IMG/VR virus record: IMGVR_UViG_3300045599_000040
Location: 8,158 to 72,157 of that record
Direction: 5' to 3' (one strand)
Source of the DNA: a virus
Taxonomy: Duplodnaviria; Caudoviricetes
DNA length: 64,000 nucleotides
Shown here: positions 20,055 to 30,259 of the stretch, in pieces
How the letters are laid out: every line of letters starts with the position of its first letter
Numbering within the stretch: the first letter of the stretch is position 1
Program-made: the position numbers and the translations under genes
The notes under the pieces: model-generated
The model's input: only the letters and a program-made list of their open reading frames with translations
What the model was told of the DNA's origin: nothing
Database searches by the model: none

Positions 20055-20279
20055 GTGTACGTTATCAAAGAAGTTGCAGTTGGAAGGAAATATTTTAAAG
20101 ACCCATCTTTTGATCGCTGGGATTTAGTTAACAATATAGAAGAAGCTACAAAATTTGAAACTTATGAGAAAGCTAAGAAAATAGAAGAAGCAATCAATCT
20201 TGCTTCCCTATTCACCTATTGGGACTTTGATGAAATTCCTCCGAAAGCGGAAGCCATTCTTTACAAAGTCGAAGAGTGA
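20055..20279 (+). CDS. Hypothetical protein
   Basis: GGAGA RBS. Confidence 0.55.
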   Translation: MYVIKEVAVGRKYFKDPSFDRWDLVNNIEEATKFETYEKAKKIEEAINLASLFTYWDFDEIPPKAEAILYKVEE

Positions 20280-20650
20280 AGAGGTATAAAATGGAAGAAT
20301 TACTCATTACTGATGCAGCAGATGCTTTAAGTCGGCTCGGTGATAAATACATCATTAGAAGTCACCTTGACAACTATTATTATTTGGAGCATAGGGGTGG
20401 ATTCATTCAAAAGCTTATCCGCTTAGAAGAAAAATCCTGGCTAGTATACAAGGGTGATTGGTCAATCAGCAAAGAAGAGTTAAATGGACTTTGGCAATGT
20501 ATTAACTCTGTTGGTCAATCAATCTCTCTTCCTTCAGATCCATTAGACGAAAGAAGAAAACGATTCGATCAAAAAATAGCGACTGAAGATAAGTGGCGCT
20601 TTGAACGTTTAAAACAAATTAGACAAAGGATAGAAAACAAAAATTATTGA
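20276..20650 (+). CDS. Hypothetical protein
   Basis: GTGA-type overlap with upstream ORF. Confidence 0.55.
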   Translation: MKRYKMEELLITDAADALSRLGDKYIIRSHLDNYYYLEHRGGFIQKLIRLEEKSWLVYKGDWSISKEELNGLWQCINSVGQSISLPSDPLDERRKRFDQKIATEDKWRFERLKQIRQRIENKNY

Positions 20651-21276
20651 CTCCTTCTATAACTAATATGTTCCACGATGGTTTTCGTTAAAATATTCGA
20701 AATTAGGAACGGAAAGCTAATTAGAACAATACTTTTCTCGATCAGATCGGGTCGATCTAGTTTCTTTATAGAACTATCAAAGGTATTGAAAAGATGGGAA
20801 AAGTCATTATTCATGTAAGAGTAAATTATCACTGAGGAAACTAATATCGTTAATATGGCTGAATTATACTCTAAAGCCACTTTAAGCTGATTTAAATTGA
20901 TATTTTCTTTGATAATTATATAGAGTGTTAAAGCAAAAATACTGATTAAATAATAAAAGAACACGAAAATTCCATTAATGCTGAATAATATATTAGCAAG
21001 TAATAAGCCAAATGTAGCAACCGCTAATGGGCAAATTAGTAGTCCCAATGTAAGAAAAAATACATTTTCTTTGATAATATCCCTGTCAAAAAAAACATAG
21101 TAAATTGTGAAGTAGAAAGATATTAAACATATCATAGATGCAATTGATACAGCAACACCTGAAGAAAGCAAAATTAAAATGAATATATAAAATAAATATA
21201 AAATAAACTGAACTATCATGCTTTCTTTAGCGAAAAGGTATAACTCTTTTATAATACGCATATCATCACCTGACAT
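20644..21276 (-). CDS. Multi-pass membrane protein, oriented against the operon
   Basis: About 6 hydrophobic segments, very AT-rich. Confidence 0.65.
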   Translation of the reverse strand: MSGDDMRIIKELYLFAKESMIVQFILYLFYIFILILLSSGVAVSIASMICLISFYFTIYYVFFDRDIIKENVFFLTLGLLICPLAVATFGLLLANILFSINGIFVFFYYLISIFALTLYIIIKENINLNQLKVALEYNSAILTILVSSVIIYSYMNNDFSHLFNTFDSSIKKLDRPDLIEKSIVLISFPFLISNILTKTIVEHISYRRSQ

Positions 21277-21317
21277 CTTATACGCTACATTATTTCCAAA
21301 GTTTCACACAGAAGGAA

Positions 21318-21503
21318 GTGTTGTATATAATCATTCTCCACTGGTTTCGTCACAAATGGCATCGAAAGAAAGAAAACAAGTATTCTGATCTTCTATTCAC
21401 ACTTAGAAACTGGAAGTTTTCTGAAGTCTACAGTTTCTATTTAGTAAAGTATAAGTATCATAGTTTCATGAGTGACTGGATTAAAAATAAGTATTTAAAA
21501 TAA
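21318..21503 (+). CDS. Small hypothetical protein
   Basis: AAGGAAG RBS. Confidence 0.4.
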   Translation: MLYIIILHWFRHKWHRKKENKYSDLLFTLRNWKFSEVYSFYLVKYKYHSFMSDWIKNKYLK

Positions 21504-21520
21504 AATATATTGAAATAGAG

Positions 21521-21808
21521 GTGTTGTTTGTGATACTGTCATTTCACATTACTAATCCAGAAGTTAAACGATATCATGACGTGCTCGTTGATATTTATAA
21601 AAATGTTCAAAATGAAAAATCTGCAAGATATGAAGCAGCTAGGAAAATCAGTCTGATACAAAACCTAGTTGAAATATACGAACAAGGAGAAAATATTGTT
21701 TATGAAGATTTGTTATGGGACGAATTCGGCAGACATTTATTACCCGAAGAGCTTAAAAGCTTAGCACAAAAAATTAACCAGTCATTACATAAAAAAGAAA
21801 AGGTTTAA
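21521..21808 (+). CDS. Hypothetical protein
   Basis: AGAGGTG RBS. Confidence 0.5.
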   Translation: MLFVILSFHITNPEVKRYHDVLVDIYKNVQNEKSARYEAARKISLIQNLVEIYEQGENIVYEDLLWDEFGRHLLPEELKSLAQKINQSLHKKEKV

Positions 21809-21819
21809 TGGTATAGCAA

Positions 21820-22395
21820 ATGGCAAGTTTAACATTTAAATATGGCGCAATGAATGCATCAAAATCAATTCAATTATTAACCACAGCGCATAACTACGAG
21901 CAATCTGGTAAAAAAGTAATGATTTTTACTCCATCCATTGATGATAGATATGGAGTTGGCAAGGTAACTTCCAGGGTAGGAATTAGTCAAGAAGCTTTTA
22001 CAATAAACAATGATACAGATTTATATATAGCGATAGGAATTAATTCACCTGATCATGTTTTCATTGATGAAGGTCAATTTCTATCACCACAACATGTGCT
22101 TCAACTAGTGAAGATAGTAGACGATCTTAATGTTCCTGTAACTGTTTACGGATTACTGAAGAACTTTAAAAATGAATTATTTGAAGGTAGCAAGAGCTTA
22201 CTATGTGAAGCAGACATAATAGAAGAAATCAAAACAGTATGCTTTTATTGTAACGACAAAGCAACTCATATTTTGAAATTTAAAGATGGAATACCAATTT
22301 ATACTGGGGAGTCAATTGAAATTGGCGGTAATGAAACATATACGTCAGTGTGTAGAAAACATTGGTATTCTGGAAAAGGAAGTGTGTTTAACTGA
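21820..22395 (+). CDS. tdk: Thymidine kinase
   Basis: YGAMNASKS, VFIDEGQFL, YGLLKNF, VCFYC, IEIGGNETYTSVCRKH. Confidence 0.95.
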   Translation: MASLTFKYGAMNASKSIQLLTTAHNYEQSGKKVMIFTPSIDDRYGVGKVTSRVGISQEAFTINNDTDLYIAIGINSPDHVFIDEGQFLSPQHVLQLVKIVDDLNVPVTVYGLLKNFKNELFEGSKSLLCEADIIEEIKTVCFYCNDKATHILKFKDGIPIYTGESIEIGGNETYTSVCRKHWYSGKGSVFN

Positions 22396-22415
22396 TAAGA
22401 AGGTTTATTTCTTAC

Positions 22416-22673
22416 TTGTATCATAAATTTGTTTGTAAGCCCTTTGATATTACCGATCTAACAAAAGAAGAGTATATGAATGTAATGGGAATGATGTATG
22501 AGTATAAACTAAAGAAAAAACTCTCCAAATATGGAGAGGAGCGAGCTTATTTTGCAATTGCAAAACTAGATGTTAAAAGCAATGGTAAATTTACTAGCTT
22601 ATTAAAAGAATCATCAGAAAGAATGGCAAATGTTTTAGTAGAAGTATTTGGAGACATAAAAAATAAATTATAA
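22416..22673 (+). CDS. Hypothetical protein
   Basis: ORF with AAGG RBS. Confidence 0.45.
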   Translation: MYHKFVCKPFDITDLTKEEYMNVMGMMYEYKLKKKLSKYGEERAYFAIAKLDVKSNGKFTSLLKESSERMANVLVEVFGDIKNKL

Positions 22674-22675
22674 TA

Positions 22676-23254
22676 CTACTCTGAATTCCAGTCTTTAAAA
22701 TCTCCCGCACGAAAGAAGTTGCCAAATGTATCTCGTGCTGGGAAAGGCTCACTTGTAGCAGGATAAACAAACAATTTGTGTTGGCACTTGTGACACCAAG
22801 TAGTTGCGGAGTTTTCAAAAACATAATGAGTCCCAGTGTTCCAGCAAGCGTTACATTTATAGTGCAATCTATATAGTTTCGTACCATCAGGTCGAATTTT
22901 TATCCCAGTTGTCACAAAATCTGGCTGATCTTCTGTTGATTTATATGTACTCTCTAATTCTTCTTTGTCTAGTGTTAGGCCATGAATCATTTGTTGTCTA
23001 ATCTCATCATTTTTAATTTCTGTTTCTTCATTGGATGACTGAATTTCATCTGTCTCAATTTTATTAAAGAATGAGCTATAAGCTTTTCCAATTCTGTTGT
23101 ACTCTTGAACCATCTCTAATACGTCATTCTTAATGTCAAACAAATTAAATACATTTTGAATTATTACTAATTTACTCAGATTGTCAGTCTCAGATAAATT
23201 AACTTCTGCTTTTTTACCTTTGCCATCATCTATTGTAATTTTCACATTCAACAT
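22676..23254 (-). CDS. Hypothetical protein with C-terminal zinc ribbon, oriented against the operon
   Basis: YKCNACW...WCHKC; GGAGAG RBS. Confidence 0.7.
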   Translation of the reverse strand: MLNVKITIDDGKGKKAEVNLSETDNLSKLVIIQNVFNLFDIKNDVLEMVQEYNRIGKAYSSFFNKIETDEIQSSNEETEIKNDEIRQQMIHGLTLDKEELESTYKSTEDQPDFVTTGIKIRPDGTKLYRLHYKCNACWNTGTHYVFENSATTWCHKCQHKLFVYPATSEPFPARDTFGNFFRAGDFKDWNSE

Positions 23255-23516
23255 TAAACCACTCTCCTTGGAGAATATTATATCAAGAACGGGAGGTGAA
23301 TTGTGGTATCAAAGGAAAAGTATGTTCTTGATCGAATTGAATACTTCATATTGGATAAAATTAATGGGGGTGGTGATATAGATCCATATTTATTAGATAA
23401 AGTGGAAATTTGATTATGAAGTTGAAGAATTGTATGTAAAATTAGATCAAATGAAGTATCGTGATTAAATACTCTTTAATAAGAGATAAAAAATTTTTAA
23501 AGGGAGAAATTTAAAA

Positions 23517-25559
23517 ATGGAATTTAAAGAATTTAAGAAACTACTTCAAGAAAATTTTTTACAAATGTCAAAAGATGCAAGTCATTTATTTGAAGTTGAT
23601 TTAGATAAAGATGAATTGTGGAGCCTATATCTAGAAAGTTTCCCTGAAGGAACAAACGAATTTTTTAGAGAGAGGAGAGAGTACGATTGCAGTTGTTGCA
23701 AACAATTTATTAGAAACATTGGCAATGCAGTTGTTATTTCCAATAATAAAGTTAAAACCATATGGGATTTTAAAACTAGCGACACAACTTTTCAACCAGT
23801 AGTAAATGCTTTATCTAGCTATGTAAAATCACATATTGTTTCTGATGTGTATGTTAATAAAATCAAAAAAATTGGCACTGACAAAAACTTCGAGGATTTA
23901 GGTAATGGCAAGATTAATGAATGGCATCATTTTTACTTAGAATTACCAGAGCGATTCGTTAGTAAAGGTAGTAGCTCAGAAGGGGAAATCAAAGGTTCTT
24001 TCAGAGATACTAGAAATGTATTTAAAAGATCACTAGATGAAATTACAGAGGAAAGTCTGCTCACAGTATTAGAATTAATTTCTCAAAACTCACTGTATAA
24101 AGGAGAGGAGTGGAAATCAGTTCTAACCGAGTTTCTTAAACATAAAAAAGAATATAATAAATTGAAGTCCAGTTCAGACAAAGAAAATTATACTTGGGAA
24201 CAGTCTGTTAAAGTAGGTGTCGCAATTCGCAGGATTCGTAATCTCAGCATCGGAACACTGCTTACCAATGTTAGTGAAGGAATGGATTTGGATGAAGCAG
24301 TTAAAAAATATGAGGCAATTGTTGCACCCGAAAACTATAAAAGATCAAAACCAATTTACACCAAGAAGATGCTAGATGATGCCAAAAAAACAATTGAAGA
24401 GCTTGGATATATGGATTCTTTAGGCAGAAGATACGCTACTCTAGATGATATTACAATCAACAATATTCTTTTCTCTAACAAAGATTCTGCGAAACGAATT
24501 GCTGGTACAGATATTTTTGACGAAATGTTAGGCGGAGCAGCTATCAATCCAAAACAATTCTCTAGAGTTGAAGAGATTTCAATTGAAGGTTTTATCAACA
24601 ATGTATTGCCAACGGCAAAAGAAATTGAAGTATTTTTAGAAAACAAACATTCTAGTAGTATGGTTTCACTAATTGCACCTGAGAATAAAGACAGTAAGAC
24701 CATGTTTAAATGGGATAATGGATTCAGTTGGGCATACTCTGGGAACATTACAGATAGCTCAATGAAAGAAAGGGTTAAGTCTGCTGGTGGCAATGTTGAA
24801 GGCATATTGAGATTTTCAATTCAGTGGAATGATCAAGAATATAATGGGAATGATTTTGACGCCCACTGCATTGAACCTAGCGGCAATGAAATTTATTATG
24901 GGAATAAACACAATAGAGATACAACGGGTCAATTAGATGTAGATATTATCCGCCCAGAAAGAAATAAACCAGCAGTTGAAAATATTACTTGGACAGACAA
25001 AAACAAAATGGGTTACGGCACTTATAAATTCTTTGTCCATAACTATTCACATAATGGTGGCAGAGATGGTTTCAAGGCAGAAGTGGAGTTTGATGGACAG
25101 ATTTATTCCTTTGAATACAACAAAGAGCTTAGACAAGGTGAAAAAGTTCATGTCGCAGAAGTTGTGTTTGATGGTAATGGATTCGCAATATACGAAAAGC
25201 TACCATCAAATGTTTCTTCAAAAGTAGTTTGGGGCTTAAACACTAATCAGTTCATCCCAGTCTCAGTGATGATGTATTCTCCGAATTATTGGGATGAGCA
25301 AGATGAAATTGGCAATAAGCATTATTTCTTTATGCTTAAAGGCTGCACTAATCCAGAGCAGCCGAATGGATTCTATCCTGAATTTTTGAAAGAGGATCTA
25401 ATGAAACATAGACGGGTTTTTGAGGCACTAGGTGGCAAAATGGCTGTAAAGGATCATCCAGATCAGCTAAGTGGGTTAGGCTTTAGCTCAACAAGAAGAA
25501 ATGAATTGTTAGTAAAGGTAAAAGGTCAAACTGAACGAGTAGTTAAAGTCAAATTTTAA
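23517..25559 (+). CDS. Large hypothetical phage protein with YfaP/DUF2135-like domain
   Basis: YDCSCC near N-terminus; LRFSIQW...DFDAHC...GQLDVD...AVENITW in the C-terminal half. Confidence 0.75.
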   Translation: MEFKEFKKLLQENFLQMSKDASHLFEVDLDKDELWSLYLESFPEGTNEFFRERREYDCSCCKQFIRNIGNAVVISNNKVKTIWDFKTSDTTFQPVVNALSSYVKSHIVSDVYVNKIKKIGTDKNFEDLGNGKINEWHHFYLELPERFVSKGSSSEGEIKGSFRDTRNVFKRSLDEITEESLLTVLELISQNSLYKGEEWKSVLTEFLKHKKEYNKLKSSSDKENYTWEQSVKVGVAIRRIRNLSIGTLLTNVSEGMDLDEAVKKYEAIVAPENYKRSKPIYTKKMLDDAKKTIEELGYMDSLGRRYATLDDITINNILFSNKDSAKRIAGTDIFDEMLGGAAINPKQFSRVEEISIEGFINNVLPTAKEIEVFLENKHSSSMVSLIAPENKDSKTMFKWDNGFSWAYSGNITDSSMKERVKSAGGNVEGILRFSIQWNDQEYNGNDFDAHCIEPSGNEIYYGNKHNRDTTGQLDVDIIRPERNKPAVENITWTDKNKMGYGTYKFFVHNYSHNGGRDGFKAEVEFDGQIYSFEYNKELRQGEKVHVAEVVFDGNGFAIYEKLPSNVSSKVVWGLNTNQFIPVSVMMYSPNYWDEQDEIGNKHYFFMLKGCTNPEQPNGFYPEFLKEDLMKHRRVFEALGGKMAVKDHPDQLSGLGFSSTRRNELLVKVKGQTERVVKVKF

Positions 25560-25597
25560 AAAAAATAAAAAAACAATCGAAGGAGAAGTGATTTAAG

Positions 25598-25984
25598 ATG
25601 ACAGAAAACATTTTTGAGTATGCGGTAAAAAACAAATTACGATTCCCCTTTAAGGGGATGGCAACTGTTGAAGATCTATTTGATTTATCTGTGGAGACTT
25701 TGGATCACATTTTCAAAACTCTCAATCATGAATTGAAAAATGTACAGGAAGAAAGTCTACTTGGAACAAAAACAAAAGAAGATAAAGAATTGGATATTAA
25801 GATTGCTATTGTTAAACATATTGTTAGCACAAAATTAGAGGATCAAAAACAACGGCTAAAAGCCAAAGAACAAAAAGAAAAGAAGCAAAAGATTTTAGAA
25901 ATTTTGTCAGCAAAGCAAGATCAAGATTTACAGAATAAAACAATTGATGAACTTCAAAATATGCTGAATGAGTTAGATAATTAA
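25598..25984 (+). CDS. Coiled-coil hypothetical protein, paired with the upstream gene
   Basis: KNKLRFPFKG...TVEDLFDL; charged helical C-terminus. Confidence 0.75.
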   Translation: MTENIFEYAVKNKLRFPFKGMATVEDLFDLSVETLDHIFKTLNHELKNVQEESLLGTKTKEDKELDIKIAIVKHIVSTKLEDQKQRLKAKEQKEKKQKILEILSAKQDQDLQNKTIDELQNMLNELDN

Positions 25985-25994
25985 ATAAGAAGTT

Positions 25995-26023
25995 AGGCAG
26001 AGAGAATGTTTTTCTCTCTGCCT
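25995..26023 (+). terminator. Stem-loop terminator
   Basis: AGGCAGAGAGAA-TGTTT-TTCTCTCTGCCT. Confidence 0.6.
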
Positions 26024-26058
26024 ATAAAACAACTATTTTAAATGAAAGGAGATTAATT

Positions 26059-26289
26059 TTGGACAAGGAAAAATTGAAAGAATTTTTAAGAGAGCTAGCT
26101 AAATTAGAAAATAAATATGGTATCTGGGTTACAGCGAGCTATGAAGAAAATATTGATTACGACTATGGAGAAAATCCTTATGTGTGTGGTGTGTCTGCCT
26201 ATCTTGTTTTTTCAGATAGTGAAGGCAATGAAATGACATTAGACAATCTTGATATTGATGAACTAAAAGAGCTGCACGAAGGAGAATAA
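26059..26289 (+). CDS. Acidic hypothetical protein
   Basis: AAAGGAG RBS. Confidence 0.65.
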   Translation: MDKEKLKEFLRELAKLENKYGIWVTASYEENIDYDYGENPYVCGVSAYLVFSDSEGNEMTLDNLDIDELKELHEGE

Positions 26290-26434
26290 AATATAACAAC
26301 AAACAACACAGAAGATATATAAAAGTTAGTTAATTAGAAAATTTATTAAAGGTAGAAGAGAGTAATTGACAGCTAATTTCCGTTGTAACTTTAGACTTTA
26401 TTTCCTAGATCATTTATCCTAATATGGAAGTGAG

Positions 26435-27337
26435 GTGAAAATTATGACAGATTTTTATGAGATTGTTAACTTAGATAGAGACATCGACAGGAGGCATAGA
26501 TGGAGGAAGCACCGTGAACAAACGAGTAAATTCATAAATGAAGTAGTGAGCTTGATGAAAAATAGAAAAAGTGTTGGAGTATTTGGAGCAGGAAATTGTG
26601 ACGACTTTGATGTTGAGTTGTTAACTGCAAACTTTGAAAAAGTTTATTTGCTTGATATAGATACAGAAGCAGTTGAGCGTGGAATAAGTCATTTAAATGA
26701 AGATCATAAAAAGAAGATACAGATTATTGAAGTAGATTTTGTTAACATGAGTGATTTCAGAAATGAATTTGTTAGAAAACTAAATTCAGAAGAATCAAAG
26801 AAAAAGATAGTGAAATACTTACGTAGTGTCCACCTCGTAAATGAGGAGTTTCTTAAAAATTTTAAAGAGATATTTAATGTTACTATAGTTTCCGCAATTT
26901 ACACACAATTATTCTATAACGAGTGCTTAATCATACTTGAGGAACATGGCACTTACCTTACCCAGAAAGAAATTAAGGACATAATTATTGATTTGGCATA
27001 TGTTCGGGATCAAGTAGTTAAATCTTTTAATGAATTGGTTCACAGTTGTACTTGTGAAAAAGGCTATATGATACAATGGACTGACCTTATTGAAGTTAAC
27101 AAAAATAATACCTGGATACTATTAGAGTTTGAAAAAATACACAACCAAAAAGAAAAAATCGATTATATAGGTAAACTATGTGGAACATATGGAATTCCTT
27201 CAGGCGTTAATGGTTGCAAACAATTTATTAAATTAATCGATAAAAATGAAGAAATACTTTTAAGCTATTGGAGATGGAGATTTTCAGATCAGAAAAATTA
27301 TATAGTAGCTGGGATATATGGGCAAAAAGGAGTTTAA
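26435..27337 (+). CDS. Putative class I SAM-dependent methyltransferase-like protein
   Basis: VGVFGAGNCDD (motif I-like), VYLLDID (motif II-like), IEVDF. Confidence 0.5.
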   Translation: MKIMTDFYEIVNLDRDIDRRHRWRKHREQTSKFINEVVSLMKNRKSVGVFGAGNCDDFDVELLTANFEKVYLLDIDTEAVERGISHLNEDHKKKIQIIEVDFVNMSDFRNEFVRKLNSEESKKKIVKYLRSVHLVNEEFLKNFKEIFNVTIVSAIYTQLFYNECLIILEEHGTYLTQKEIKDIIIDLAYVRDQVVKSFNELVHSCTCEKGYMIQWTDLIEVNKNNTWILLEFEKIHNQKEKIDYIGKLCGTYGIPSGVNGCKQFIKLIDKNEEILLSYWRWRFSDQKNYIVAGIYGQKGV

Positions 27338-27409
27338 TAGCTCCTTTGGTAAGAGATAAAATATAATTAAAATTATGATATTACAGAAAGCGAGTAGTGA
27401 TATGTAGAA

Positions 27410-27688
27410 ATGAAATTACTATATTGCAAAAAATGCGGCGATGTATTTAATTTAAAATTTCACATCAAAAAATGTTATTGTGCTGAATCAGAAGGTTATT
27501 ATATTGATGAAATAAATGCCAAATATAATGGTGACTGTATACCTATAGGAATAGATAATCATAGCTTTAGATCCGCAATAAACCTTCAGCCACAACAAGG
27601 GCTTGGTAAGAGATTTGATGCATTCGTTATTCCAAAAGAATGTGAAACATTTACGAAAGTTGAGATATTTAATGAAAATAAACTATAA
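27410..27688 (+). CDS. Cys-rich hypothetical protein
   Basis: CKKCGD...KKCYC. Confidence 0.6.
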   Translation: MKLLYCKKCGDVFNLKFHIKKCYCAESEGYYIDEINAKYNGDCIPIGIDNHSFRSAINLQPQQGLGKRFDAFVIPKECETFTKVEIFNENKL

Positions 27689-27893
27689 GGATTTTGAAAT
27701 AGAAGTAAAAAGAGAACAATGCTTAGGTGGATGGTCAATGTTGTATTTTACAGTAATCACCCCAACTGGATATTATTTAATTGACACCTTTGAAGATTCA
27801 AGTGAAAAGGTAAGGGACAAAATTTCACAGTTAAAAGAAGTAGTCAATGACTATCTTGAGAATCCACAAAATTATGAAGATATTACTGATTAA
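27672..27893 (+). CDS. Hypothetical protein
   Basis: ATG 27672 overlapping the upstream ORF end. Confidence 0.55.
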   Translation: MKINYKDFEIEVKREQCLGGWSMLYFTVITPTGYYLIDTFEDSSEKVRDKISQLKEVVNDYLENPQNYEDITD

Positions 27894-27911
27894 TTTTAAG
27901 GACGTGATCTT

Positions 27912-28439
27912 GTGTACAAAGGTTGGATAAAAAGTAGTTTAGCATTTCAAAAAACTATCGGGTTTTCTTATCAGGGCAAGCATCACCGCAGAAATAAATA
28001 TTATAAATTCTTCAATGTCGAAGTGACAGATGACCAATACCTAGAAATGAAAAGTAAGTGGAAACATTTCAAGGAAGATATTCAATGGGATCTTCGTAAA
28101 AAGGTTGATGAGGCTTTTGGGATTAAAGAAGGAGATTTGACTGCCTCGATCTTAAATGGTAAAAGGTATTTTTTTAATAGGTATAGCAATTTAAATTATA
28201 CTAGTAAGCTTCGTGAATGGACAAAAAACAATGGTCTTTATGTATACAATAGAGAAAAGTATATTTATGAAGGTTATATAGCGCTTAAGGCACACATTGC
28301 ACAGGATGGCAGCACTTGTTCGGAACATGAACAATATATTGAAAAGTTAACAAGAAGATGTGATTTTGATGAAAGTGATATTGATACTTATATAGATGAT
28401 TTGTTAATTATAAAAAATAAATTGAAGGAATTTAAATAA
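27912..28439 (+). CDS. Hypothetical protein
   Basis: ORF; stop codon starts a junction palindrome. Confidence 0.55.
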   Translation: MYKGWIKSSLAFQKTIGFSYQGKHHRRNKYYKFFNVEVTDDQYLEMKSKWKHFKEDIQWDLRKKVDEAFGIKEGDLTASILNGKRYFFNRYSNLNYTSKLREWTKNNGLYVYNREKYIYEGYIALKAHIAQDGSTCSEHEQYIEKLTRRCDFDESDIDTYIDDLLIIKNKLKEFK

Positions 28440-28474
28440 GATTACGATTTTAAACTGAAAGGATTTGTTCTTGA

Positions 28475-28690
28475 ATGGTTCTATATGCAATTAAAGTGTG
28501 CTACGGAGAGTATGAAGGTTATTTAAGCAGTTGGTGGAATCCAACAAAAGATCTTAATGATGCAATGATCTTTATTGGCTTAAACGAAGCAAAAGAAATG
28601 TTAATTCGATATTCAGATACCTTTGATTATGAATCCACACCAAAGATAGATTTAGTTAAATGGGATGTAAAAGAAACTATAATAAGATAA
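28475..28690 (+). CDS. Hypothetical protein
   Basis: AAAGGA RBS. Confidence 0.55.
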   Translation: MVLYAIKVCYGEYEGYLSSWWNPTKDLNDAMIFIGLNEAKEMLIRYSDTFDYESTPKIDLVKWDVKETIIR

Positions 28691-28722
28691 TATTATCATT
28701 TTAAGAGGAGGTGGGATGATAT

Positions 28723-28932
28723 ATGATTAAAACTCTAATTTCTAAATTGTATCACAAATATGTGTGTAAGCCTGATTTTGATCCGCATCAAACTTTGGAA
28801 CATTTTCTGGAAATAGCCAAGGAGGAATATGAACTTCGCAAATATTCCACTATAGACACCTTTGAGAAATTGCAACTTATACAAAAAGCTGCTTTAATCA
28901 ACTGGAAAATGAAAAACTGGGGAAGAAGATAA
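28723..28932 (+). CDS. Hypothetical protein
   Basis: GAGGAGG RBS. Confidence 0.6.
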   Translation: MIKTLISKLYHKYVCKPDFDPHQTLEHFLEIAKEEYELRKYSTIDTFEKLQLIQKAALINWKMKNWGRR

Positions 28933-28980
28933 AACCTTCGTTTTAACTGGTTTATAGAAATCAAATATAATATAATAGAG

Positions 28981-30255
28981 GTGAAATATAAAATGTCTAT
29001 ACTTCAATTAAAATCATCAAATCCTGAATTCTCATACATTATTAAAAAGAACCCAAACTCAGGAATGATTATTAAATCAATCCGCAAAGGTCATGCCTTC
29101 GGTTGGTATTCAAACGATGATACATACAACATCTATTTTAAAGATGCAGAAAACGACATTTCATACAAAGAAGATAAAGATCAGCAATTTGAATACTTAA
29201 ATGTATCAAGATATAACACCCCGTTATTTCCTTTGAATGCAATATCCGAGTTTTTAAAGTCAACATTAAACGAGCAAACTGAGCAAGATCAGAATGGTTA
29301 TCTGAATGTCTTAACCGTGAACATGCTTCATATTGAACTGGTAAGGTACATTGATTTTTTTAAAAAGCATTACCCAGACTACAACTTTGAAACAAAACAC
29401 TTAGCACATAAAAGCTATACCTTGACTATTTCAACAAATCAATCTGTGTATAAGCTTCTAAATGTTGCAAGCTCATTGTTTATTTTCTTAGCTATGTTTG
29501 GCAAGGAGTATCTAGATGTATCCGACAATTTAATTGCAAAATACATTCAATGTATTAATGTAACAGATGCTCCTTATTATATTCGCAGCCTATTCGTTAG
29601 AAACTTCCTATCAACAAAAGCAAGACTCAATAAGTTTAAAAATGAGATTGAAGCTACAAACAAATACAAAATAGACTTTGAATTTGGAAATACAGCACAG
29701 CAACGTAGAAACTATATAGAAAAAATCATTTCATTTAACAAACCTATTATTGATATTGGATGTGGCGAAGGCTTTTACATGTTTCCTTTTTCAAAAAGAA
29801 TCAAAGATCACGAGTACCATGCAATTGACACCAATAAAGAAATTGTTGAAATTCTAGAAGCAAAAATTAAGGCCAGAAACATAAAGAATGTTCTAACACA
29901 TAAATCAGTTGAAGATTTTTTAGAGTCTTACCAAGAGGAACTTTCTGATGTAATTCTTACAGAGGTAGTTGAACATTTAGAGTTAGATGAGGCTAAAAAA
30001 CTAATTAAAAAAGTTTATGACAACATAAACTTTGACAAGTTTATTATCACAACACCGAATTTTGATTTCAATAAGTTCTACGATATTGACATCAGACATG
30101 ATGACCACAAATGGGAAATGACATCTGCTGAATTCAAGGGTTGGATCTTGACTATGTTTCAAAACGATACTTGCAAATTGGACTTCTTTGGTATTGGAGA
30201 TAGGGTAAATGGTATTCAAACAACTCAAGGAGTAATAATTAGAAAAGAGGGTTAG
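28981..30255 (+). CDS. hen1: Hen1-type RNA 2'-O-methyltransferase (bacterial Pnkp partner)
   Basis: N-domain FSYIIKKNP, YLNVSRY; MTase IIDIGCGEG, LTEVVEH, ITTPN, RHDDHKWEMT..EF..W; adjacent to Pnkp. Confidence 0.85.
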   Translation: MKYKMSILQLKSSNPEFSYIIKKNPNSGMIIKSIRKGHAFGWYSNDDTYNIYFKDAENDISYKEDKDQQFEYLNVSRYNTPLFPLNAISEFLKSTLNEQTEQDQNGYLNVLTVNMLHIELVRYIDFFKKHYPDYNFETKHLAHKSYTLTISTNQSVYKLLNVASSLFIFLAMFGKEYLDVSDNLIAKYIQCINVTDAPYYIRSLFVRNFLSTKARLNKFKNEIEATNKYKIDFEFGNTAQQRRNYIEKIISFNKPIIDIGCGEGFYMFPFSKRIKDHEYHAIDTNKEIVEILEAKIKARNIKNVLTHKSVEDFLESYQEELSDVILTEVVEHLELDEAKKLIKKVYDNINFDKFIITTPNFDFNKFYDIDIRHDDHKWEMTSAEFKGWILTMFQNDTCKLDFFGIGDRVNGIQTTQGVIIRKEG

Positions 30256-30259
30256 GTTA

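Noticed and set aside
7636-21517. Identical ATAAAATATATTGAAAT at about 7636 and 21500 as NrdR boxes or junction sites
   Set aside because: Lacks the conserved C, has no partner at 31-32 bp and no TTTTA arm; very AT-rich, so plausible by chance
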